Assembly: GCF_001457595.1 (NCBI RefSeq)
Contig: NZ_LN831039.1
Location: forward strand, 5,580,001-5,612,000
Source: Mycolicibacterium smegmatis
GTDB lineage: Bacteria > Actinomycetota > Actinomycetes > Mycobacteriales > Mycobacteriaceae
Direction of reading: 5' to 3'
DNA length: 32,000 nt
A program made the translations under genes and the position numbers. Of this stretch, positions 8,617 through 15,538 are shown piece after piece. Within the stretch, counting starts at the first letter, position 1. Each line of letters opens with the position of its first letter. The notes under the pieces were generated by a model, which made no database searches, was not told the DNA's origin, and worked only from the letters and a program-made list of their open reading frames with translations.

Positions 8617-8795
8617 GATCTTGATGCTTACATAAGTTTGCTGATGCTGCGTTTTCGAGCGCAAATGCCAGCAATTTCATTGCGAGGACTTTTGGCCGAA
8701 CTTGTCCCACGCGACGTGCTCAGAACCGTCGTCGACCTGCGCATTGACGCCGGGGGCATTTTCGGTTGCAAATTTGAGATTCAGCCGAAATCGGG

Positions 8796-8850
8796 TTGCT
8801 ACAGTGTGCGCGAACTATTTCCCGATTCACACACAAAGGCGGAGCGCTTC
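8796..8850 (+). promoter_or_regulatory. candidate promoter (-10 TACAGT at 8800-8805) plus 5' leader with SD AAGGCGGAG; duplicated at 11641-11695
   Basis: TTGCTACAGTG and AAGGCGGAGCGCTTCATGACA are identical in both copies. The TACAGT-to-ATG spacing is 45 nt in both. TACAGT fits the mycobacterial TANNNT -10. Confidence 0.4.
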
Positions 8851-11265
8851 ATGACAAAGCCAACCCCTCACCGTCTCCAGAAGGCAAAGGCTGCGGCGGT
8901 CACCACTGCCGTCGTCGCAACCACCGCCGCGCTCACCGCCGGTGTCGGTTCGGCAGCCCCGGAGGCACTGTTGGCACACAAGCGCACCATGGAGGCCGAG
9001 GTGGCGTTGACCGCCTCGGTTCCCGGCCTCCCGAACATCCCGGGGTTGGAGGATCTCGACCTCTCCGGTATCCCCAAGCTCGGTGGCGCCTACGCGGTCG
9101 GCCCGGTGTTCTGGGCCGCCGAACTGCTCGGCATCATGCCGATCGATGTCATCAAGGCCGCTGCCGGCCTGCTCGGTGGCAGCGAGGTGGCGGGTCTCGT
9201 CACCGAACTGCTCGACCTGCTCGAATTCCTCTCCCCCGTGGACCTCGGCGTCAAAGGCCCCTGGCCCAGCGATGTCTACAACGCCGTCAACAATCTCGAT
9301 CCCCTGGTGAGTGGTCTGGTCGACATGATCGGGGAACCGATCCAGGCCATCCCGATCGTCGGCCCCATCGTGTGGGAGGCGATCGATGGCATCGTCGAAA
9401 AAATCGTCGACACGGCACCGGTGCTGAACCAGCGGCGTGCGTCCATCTTCTCCGAAAGTCTCGGTGGACTGACCACGTCGCTCGGCTACCGCGACATGAT
9501 CAAGGCCGTGCAGTCCAACGCCGCGGACTGGAAGGAAGGCGTCACCGGCCAGTGGCTGATCTTCTTCAACAACCCCAGCCGCCCCGGTGGTGGATTGTTC
9601 GCTCTCGCAACGCCTATCACCAACCTCTTCGGGCTGAATCTGTCGACCCCACCTGCGGGCAGTTACACGAACGGGGCCGCGAACGGTGGTGACATCACCA
9701 AGGTTCTCAACACCTCGATCCTCGACATCTCCTGGGCGTACAACATCCTCTCGGACGCGCCCACCACGCTGAACCCACTGGCGTGGGCCAACGCCGCTGT
9801 CGGCGCGGTGTTCCTGACGTACCTGCTCCCCAGCACCAAGCCCCAGAACAACATCCTCAGCCATGTCATCCCCGAACTGGCGCTCAGCACGATCGACGGG
9901 CTCAAGACGATCCTCGACGTCACCGGTGGCCAGAGCCTGGAGATGGTGCCCGGGTGGTCCGAGATCGTGAAAGTCGTCGAGAAACTCGACTTGCTGGGCA
10001 TCGGCGTGGACGAGGTTCTCAAGGAGATCGCCAACGTCACCAAGTTCCCGGGTACGGGCAGCTACATCACCTACGATTCCGGCAACCTTCCGCTGCTTGA
10101 GCCGTTCCGGATCATCCCGCGACTGGTGAGTCTCATTCCGGGCGTTCACATTCCGACGCCCTTGACCGACAGTGTCGAAGAGGCGCTGCGGATGATGATC
10201 AACATGGCGTACCAGGACGTCGATCCGTTGACGCTGCAGCGCCAGTACAACATGGCCGGCGATCAGGCGTACTTCTACAAGAACCCGCTCACCCCGACGC
10301 AGCGCCTCGCGGCGCAGAAGCTGATTTTCAACACGCTGCTGGACGGCATCGTGGCCAACGCCCTGACACCGTCCAAGTGGACTCCGACGATCCCGGGCCT
10401 GAACCTCGCCCCGATCTTCGAGAACGACATCACGTACGCGATCGCCGCCGCGTTGACGCAGATCGTGGAAGGCATTCGTGCCGCCGTCAACCCGCTATTC
10501 GGGGCGGTCGAAACGGGGCTCAAGCCGGTCACCGATGCGCTCGACGACATCGAAGGCCAGATCACCGACGCCCTCGACAACGTGTTCGAGGTGAAGGAAC
10601 CCGAGCCCACCACGAGCATCCTGGCCCGCGCCACCGAATCGGAGGACGCAAACAGCCTCGCTCCGCTCGAAGGAGCCCAGCTGCGAACGCTTTTCGTCGC
10701 CAAGGAAGACATCACTCCGGTCCCCGAGGTCACGGAAGTCGAGGGCGAAGAAGTCGAGGGCGAAGAAGTCGAGGGCGAAGAAACGGTCGTCGAGACGGTC
10801 GAAGAAACCAAGGACGCCAAGGACGCCGACGTTTCACCGGCACCCGAGGCCGAGGTCGTGACTCCCAAGGAGCCCACAACCACGCCCGCCGAGAAGAGCC
10901 AGACCGAGACGACGGCATCGGAGCAGACGAAGGAAGCCGCCACCGAGACGACCGCCGACGCGCAGGACGCACCCGCCAAACCGAAGAAGCCGGTGCTCAA
11001 GCGGATCACCGAGTCGTTCAGGGCCACCCCCGGCAAGCACGCCGCCGATGCCAACGACCCGGAGAAGAAGACGGTGCAGGAGACCGTCGAGAAGGTGGCC
11101 GGGGAGACCACCGACGCGACCGACACTCTGACCAAGGCTGCCGAGGACATCAAGGCCAAGTCCAAGACCCGGGCGTCCAGGACGAGCAAGAACAACAACG
11201 ACGAGTCGACGACCTCCACCGCCGCGAGCAGCGAATCTGCTTCCGACGACAAGGCCGCTGCCTAG
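8851..11265 (+). CDS. secreted PE-PPE-domain-like (alpha/beta-hydrolase-like) protein with disordered acidic/Lys/Thr-rich C-terminal tail, paralog 1
   Basis: ATG 8851 follows the SD. The N-terminal signal/anchor is KAKAAAVTTAVVATTAALTAGVGSAAP. Motifs recalling PF08237 are FSESLGG, FFNNPSRPGGG, YNILSDAPTTLNPLAWANAAVGAVF, NLPLLEPFR and LRMMINMAYQD. The tail starts at about 10591. The 8356-8850 part of the tracked ORF is non-protein-like leader. Confidence 0.85.
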   Translation: MTKPTPHRLQKAKAAAVTTAVVATTAALTAGVGSAAPEALLAHKRTMEAEVALTASVPGLPNIPGLEDLDLSGIPKLGGAYAVGPVFWAAELLGIMPIDVIKAAAGLLGGSEVAGLVTELLDLLEFLSPVDLGVKGPWPSDVYNAVNNLDPLVSGLVDMIGEPIQAIPIVGPIVWEAIDGIVEKIVDTAPVLNQRRASIFSESLGGLTTSLGYRDMIKAVQSNAADWKEGVTGQWLIFFNNPSRPGGGLFALATPITNLFGLNLSTPPAGSYTNGAANGGDITKVLNTSILDISWAYNILSDAPTTLNPLAWANAAVGAVFLTYLLPSTKPQNNILSHVIPELALSTIDGLKTILDVTGGQSLEMVPGWSEIVKVVEKLDLLGIGVDEVLKEIANVTKFPGTGSYITYDSGNLPLLEPFRIIPRLVSLIPGVHIPTPLTDSVEEALRMMINMAYQDVDPLTLQRQYNMAGDQAYFYKNPLTPTQRLAAQKLIFNTLLDGIVANALTPSKWTPTIPGLNLAPIFENDITYAIAAALTQIVEGIRAAVNPLFGAVETGLKPVTDALDDIEGQITDALDNVFEVKEPEPTTSILARATESEDANSLAPLEGAQLRTLFVAKEDITPVPEVTEVEGEEVEGEEVEGEETVVETVEETKDAKDADVSPAPEAEVVTPKEPTTTPAEKSQTETTASEQTKEAATETTADAQDAPAKPKKPVLKRITESFRATPGKHAADANDPEKKTVQETVEKVAGETTDATDTLTKAAEDIKAKSKTRASRTSKNNNDESTTSTAASSESASDDKAAA
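10735..10782 (+). repeat. perfect in-frame 15-bp tandem repeat x3 (GAAGTCGAGGGCGAA) plus partial unit, encoding (EVEGE)x3
   Basis: Units at 10735-10749, 10750-10764 and 10765-10779 are identical, followed by GAA. The repeat lies inside the disordered tail of paralog 1. Confidence 0.95.
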
Positions 11266-11290
11266 TCACACCACACACCCACCATCGGGC

Positions 11291-11331
11291 GCCGGTGTCC
11301 GTCTCACCCGAGACGGACACCGGCGTCTTTT
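11291..11331 (+). terminator. rho-independent terminator after paralog 1
   Basis: Perfect 15-bp stem GCCGGTGTCCGTCTC / GAGACGGACACCGGC with loop ACCC, followed by GTCTTTT, 26 nt after the stop. Confidence 0.85.
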
Positions 11332-11640
11332 GCGTCGCCACGCTCCCGGCGGGGTGAGCTGCCACTTCAACGTTCGCCTTAGATGCAATGACCGGGCGAC
11401 GGCAACGAGATCCGTGTTTCACCGCGCAACCAAGTACGGCCGGTGACAAGCAGCACCCCACCTTCAAGATCGTTTACATAGGTCAGCTAAATCCGCTGAC
11501 CAGAGACAACCTGAAGCAAAGTCGACATGCGTCAAGACCGGCTGGCTACGAGGACTCAGCTGCGGATTCAGTTGCAATCGCGCATGGATTTACGACGCCG
11601 AAAGTGAATGACAGCAACTTTCGCTGGACCTTCGATCTTG

Positions 11641-11695
11641 TTGCTACAGTGTCTCCGCCTATAACCAAGATCACACACCTAAGGCGGAGCGCTTC
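11641..11695 (+). promoter_or_regulatory. second copy of the candidate promoter/leader module (-10 TACAGT at 11645-11650, SD AAGGCGGAG)
   Basis: Same conserved blocks and same spacing as 8796-8850. Confidence 0.4.
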
Positions 11696-13873
11696 ATGAC
11701 ACGGCCAACCCCTCCTCGTCTCCAGAAGGCCAAGGCTGCCGCGGTCACCACCGCCGTCGTCGCCACCACCGCCGCGCTCACGGCCGGCGTCGGGTCGGCA
11801 GCCCCGGAGGCGTTGTTGGCGCAGAAGCGCACTGTCGAGGCCGAGGTGGCGCTGGCGGCGTTGCCCAACATCCCTGCCGTCCCCGACATCGTCGGGATCT
11901 ACGGCGTCGGCCCGATTTTCTGGGCCGCCGACCTTCTGGGGCTTACCCCGACAGGGGTGATCCAAGCGGCCGCTGGATTGCTTGGTGGTAGCGAAGTCGC
12001 AGGTGCGGTGACAGATCTGCTGGATCTGCTCGAGCTTCTTTCACCGATCGAGGCTGGGATCAAGGGCCCACTGCCTGGCGACGTGTACGACGCAGTCAAT
12101 GGACTCGATTACTCGACCAACGGCGTAATCGACATGCTCGGGGATCCGATCAGATCGATTCCGCTAGTGGGCAATACGGTCTGGAATGCGATCGACGGCC
12201 TGGTCGAGAAGATCATCAAGGCCGCACCCATCCTGAATCAACGCCGTGCTGTGGTCTTTTCTGAGAGCCTCGGCGGGGTGACTACCTCTTTGGCGTACCG
12301 CGACATGATCAACGCGGTGCGGTCCAACGCCGCAGACTGGGAAGAGGGGGTCACCGGTCAATGGCTGATCTTCTTCAACAACCCGAGCCGACCCGGTGGT
12401 GGATTATTCGCTCTCGCAACACCCTTCACCAATCAGTTCGGTCTTAGTTTGTCAACGCCGCCAGCGGGTAGCTACACCAACGAAGACGAAAACAACGGCA
12501 AGATCACCAAAGTCCTCAACACGTCGATCTTGGACGTCACGTGGGCTTACAACATCCTGTCCGATGCACCAACAACGGCGAATCCGTTAGCGTGGGCGAA
12601 TGCCGCGACCGGCGCAGTTTTCCTGACGTACCTGTTGCCGAACGAAGGCAACAACATCCTCAACCACGTGGCACCCCTCCTCCTCGTAGGGGTGCTCGAC
12701 GGCGCGAAAGTGATGATCGACCCGACGGGTGGCCAGGGACTCGATATGGTCCCGGGCTGGACGGAACTCGTCACCGCGATCAGCAAATTGCCGCTGCTCG
12801 GCCGAAAGTTGGCGGACGTACTGGATGACGTCTCCGGCGCCACCAAGTTCCCCGGCACCGGCACCTACATCACCTATGACTCAGGCAATCTCCCGCTGCT
12901 TGAGCCGTTCCGGGTGATGCCGCATCTGCTCAATCTCATTCCGGGGACGAACATCCCGACACCGTTGACCGACAGCATCGAAGATGCCCTTCGAATGATG
13001 GTCAACATGGGGTACCAGGATGTGGATCCCGACACGCTTGAGCGTGGCTTCGACATGGCCGATCAGCAGGCCTACTTCTACGACAACCCGTTGACCCCCA
13101 CGCAGCAGCTTGCCGCGCAGCAGAAGATCTTCAATGCGCTCGTCGACGGCATCCAAGAGCACGCACTGAATCCGGCGGCTTGGACTCCCTCAATTTCCGT
13201 CCCGGGTATCGATTTCCAGCCGATCGTCCAGAATGCGGCCTCGGTTGCGCTCATGGCTGCGCTCCGAGATGCCTTGGAGGGCTTCCAGGATGCCGCCAAT
13301 CCTGCCTTCACCGCGGTCCGAACCGGCCTCGCTCCGGTCACCAAGGTGCTCGATGACATCGATGAGCAGGTCACCAAGGCCCTCGATTCTCGGTTCAAGG
13401 TGACCGAACCGAAGCCGACCGAAGGCAGCCCGCTCAACCTGAACCAGCGCTCCGCCCCGTCGATCACCAACTTCTCGTCCGATGACGCCGAACTCCGCAC
13501 CATCACGGTTACCAAGGAAGACATCGAGCCTGTCGCCGAGAAGGCCGAAGAGCCCGTCGGTGAACAGGATTCGCAGAAGGACTCCGAGAAGAAGGACGCC
13601 AAGAAGCAGCCTCGGGGGCTCAAAAAGGTCACCGAGTCGTTCAAGGCCACACCGGGCAAGCATGCCCTGGACGCGAACAACCCGGTGAAGAAGTCGGTGC
13701 AGGAGACCGTCGAGAAGGTCAACGCCGGTGTCACCGACGCCGTGAAGAACCTGGAGAAGGCGGCCAAGGACGCGAAAGCCAAGGCGAAGGCCAAGGCCTC
13801 AGCGTCGAAGGACTCGGACAAGAAGTCCGGCGGCGCCGATAGCGAAGCCTCCGACGACAAAGCCGCGGCCTGA
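11696..13873 (+). CDS. secreted PE-PPE-domain-like protein with disordered Lys/Glu/Asp-rich C-terminal tail, paralog 2
   Basis: The 725-aa product is collinear with paralog 1 and shares the signal peptide, all core motifs (VFSESLGG, FFNNPSRPGGG, ILSDAPTTANPLAWANAATGAVF, NLPLLEPFR), a tail block and the terminal ASDDKAAA. Confidence 0.88.
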   Translation: MTRPTPPRLQKAKAAAVTTAVVATTAALTAGVGSAAPEALLAQKRTVEAEVALAALPNIPAVPDIVGIYGVGPIFWAADLLGLTPTGVIQAAAGLLGGSEVAGAVTDLLDLLELLSPIEAGIKGPLPGDVYDAVNGLDYSTNGVIDMLGDPIRSIPLVGNTVWNAIDGLVEKIIKAAPILNQRRAVVFSESLGGVTTSLAYRDMINAVRSNAADWEEGVTGQWLIFFNNPSRPGGGLFALATPFTNQFGLSLSTPPAGSYTNEDENNGKITKVLNTSILDVTWAYNILSDAPTTANPLAWANAATGAVFLTYLLPNEGNNILNHVAPLLLVGVLDGAKVMIDPTGGQGLDMVPGWTELVTAISKLPLLGRKLADVLDDVSGATKFPGTGTYITYDSGNLPLLEPFRVMPHLLNLIPGTNIPTPLTDSIEDALRMMVNMGYQDVDPDTLERGFDMADQQAYFYDNPLTPTQQLAAQQKIFNALVDGIQEHALNPAAWTPSISVPGIDFQPIVQNAASVALMAALRDALEGFQDAANPAFTAVRTGLAPVTKVLDDIDEQVTKALDSRFKVTEPKPTEGSPLNLNQRSAPSITNFSSDDAELRTITVTKEDIEPVAEKAEEPVGEQDSQKDSEKKDAKKQPRGLKKVTESFKATPGKHALDANNPVKKSVQETVEKVNAGVTDAVKNLEKAAKDAKAKAKAKASASKDSDKKSGGADSEASDDKAAA

Positions 13874-14011
13874 TAGGCACGTTCCACGTGCGGCCGGCGA
13901 CAGAAGGAGCCGGCCCCGCGGACACATCGATAGGTCGCATCACGGTCGTGTCTCGCGCGAAGGAGCCGCCCGCTGGTGCGCGATAAGCTCCCTTCACCAG
14001 GAGGGGGTTCC

Positions 14012-14074
14012 ATGAACTTGACGGGAAAGGCACCAGGGCTACTCGACGACTACGGCGATTACACCGTCAGTTGA
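14012..14074 (+). CDS. candidate 20-aa small ORF (MNLTGKAPGLLDDYGDYTVS), stop overlapping the start of the next gene
   Basis: AGGAGGGGG lies 6-7 nt upstream of ATG 14012. Stop TGA 14072-14074 overlaps TTG 14071 (TTGA). An alternative in-frame GTG 13976 follows a second GAAGGAG. Confidence 0.4.
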   Translation: MNLTGKAPGLLDDYGDYTVS

Positions 14075-15486
14075 GACCTGCCCCGCATGAGAGGCCAGCG
14101 GCCCATCCACACAGGAAGCGCATACGTATTGCGATCGTCGTTGGCACTGTTCTCACCATTCTTGTCGCAGTAGGCATTTGGTCACAGCGCGGCCATCGCC
14201 TGAGCACAACCATGCCGCAATGGGAACCGGCGTCCGGCGCCTTTCTGTCCTCACCCATGCACGAGACGCCTGTCACTGGGTGGCGGAGCACCTCGCCACG
14301 ATGGGGGCTCACAGACCCGACAGCTCACCTAGCATCGATTGACATCCGGAGGGGCACCCGGCCGTTCGTCGGCGCCATCGATAAGAACGCCTACTTCATC
14401 GCGACAACTTCTGCTGCGCCTGAGCCTGTTTGGTGGCTGATCGCCGTGGACACCCTGACCGGCGACAGCTTGTTCCCTGCCGTCAGCCTGGGTTCAGGAG
14501 TTCGGTCACCGAAATGCTTCCTCAATGGAGGTGAGCAGGTGCTGTGCCTCCGGGAGCATGATGATTCCTCAGTCACTGCCTCGGTGGTGGATTCTCGAAC
14601 CGGCGCCGTGACGTTCGAAGGTGCCACCGATCTCCGCACTGGCATGGGCAGACTCGAAGTCCACCAAGTCGGCATGTACGCCGTGGCCAGAACACAGGAC
14701 CAAGGCGTGTACGGCATCGGACCGAGGGCCGAGACGACATGGTTTGTGCCCGGTGACGGATCGATCCAGGTGAACGATCTCACGCAGTTCGGACTTCCAC
14801 CGCAAGAGATAACCACACAGGGACATCGCAATCCTCGTCTATGGAGCACGACTGTGTTCTCGGTCAAGGACGGCAAGGTGCTCCACGACGGATCGACGGA
14901 GAGCGACCGGCTCGAGAAAACCCTGGTGTATCCCGGCGGTTTCGCCGCTCACGTCGACAGGAATGACGACGACCTGGGCGTGCAGTTCTTCGACAGCACG
15001 GGTAATAGGGTCGGCGATTCCGTTCGAGACGGTTCATTGCCGGACGGCACGCCGGGGCTGCCCATCGTCACCTCGGACGGGGAGTACTCCGTTTTCTCGG
15101 TCGACGGTCGTCGGCTGTTCAACATTCCGCGAGGCGCGCTGTACATCGTGGACTCCACGCTTTACGTCAATGCATCCGGAAGCCAGGCGTTTCCGGAGTG
15201 GCAGCAGTACGACCTCCCCTCAGGCAAGACAGGGCCCGTTTGCGACTTCGCGATGCAGAACTTCATCGGGTTCAACTACACAACGATGCTGTTCGCGCCA
15301 AACATGCCCAACTCGCAGGTGCTGCTCAGCGCCTACGACAAGAACACCTGCGAACGCCTGTGGAAGATGCCCTCCTCCGGCGCAGACGAGAGAGTGTGGC
15401 GCGTCGGCGACACACTGATCCGCTCGTCAGGAGACGGTACGGAACTGACGTCGCTGGCAGCTCCTGGGGAGGCGCCCCCGCGGTAG
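14071..15486 (+). CDS. membrane-anchored extracytoplasmic protein, possibly PQQ-like/BamB-like beta-propeller repeats
   Basis: A basic N-terminus is followed by one TM helix (IRIAIVVGTVLTILVAVGIW). The large C-terminal domain has propeller-like strands (WWLIAVDTLTGDSLF, ASVVDSRTGAV, LYIVDSTLYVNASG). TTG 14071 is the only in-frame start upstream of the TM segment and has no SD of its own. The functional call is weak. Confidence 0.7.
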   Translation: MRPAPHERPAAHPHRKRIRIAIVVGTVLTILVAVGIWSQRGHRLSTTMPQWEPASGAFLSSPMHETPVTGWRSTSPRWGLTDPTAHLASIDIRRGTRPFVGAIDKNAYFIATTSAAPEPVWWLIAVDTLTGDSLFPAVSLGSGVRSPKCFLNGGEQVLCLREHDDSSVTASVVDSRTGAVTFEGATDLRTGMGRLEVHQVGMYAVARTQDQGVYGIGPRAETTWFVPGDGSIQVNDLTQFGLPPQEITTQGHRNPRLWSTTVFSVKDGKVLHDGSTESDRLEKTLVYPGGFAAHVDRNDDDLGVQFFDSTGNRVGDSVRDGSLPDGTPGLPIVTSDGEYSVFSVDGRRLFNIPRGALYIVDSTLYVNASGSQAFPEWQQYDLPSGKTGPVCDFAMQNFIGFNYTTMLFAPNMPNSQVLLSAYDKNTCERLWKMPSSGADERVWRVGDTLIRSSGDGTELTSLAAPGEAPPR

Positions 15487-15538
15487 GCCCGCTCCCGACC
15501 ACCTGACAGCCTCCGCACGCGTCGGTAGCGTGTCGCCT

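Noticed and set aside
8356-8850. 165-codon upstream extension of paralog 1 (tracked ORF 8356-11265)
   Set aside because: The extension is A/T-enriched and has no protein-like pattern. It is not matched in paralog 2, whereas the SD plus ATG 8851 and the signal peptide align exactly with the paralog 2 start.
10735-10782. CRISPR-like or MIRU-like array
   Set aside because: The units are contiguous 15-bp in-frame coding repeats with no spacers. I saw no direct-repeat/spacer architecture anywhere in the window.
11474-11492. IdeR iron box overlapping the TTACATAGG motifs, attractive because of the nearby hemophore-like gene
   Set aside because: The best register I could find matches only about 10 of 19 positions of the TTAGGTTAGGCTAACCTAA consensus as I recall it. 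That is too weak to call.
13879-13915. Terminator after paralog 2 (hairpins GCACG-TTCCA-CGTGC and GGCCGGC-N10-GCCGGCC)
   Set aside because: The stems are short (5 and 7 bp), one loop is large and no U-tract follows. An I-shaped terminator cannot be excluded, but it is not supportable from sequence alone.
14012-14074. The small ORF as a PqqA-like or mycofactocin-like RiPP precursor
   Set aside because: PqqA needs a conserved E-x3-Y, whereas this peptide has D-x3-Y. No radical-SAM, PqqB-E or Mft genes are nearby. Only the coupling-leader or micro-protein interpretation is retained.
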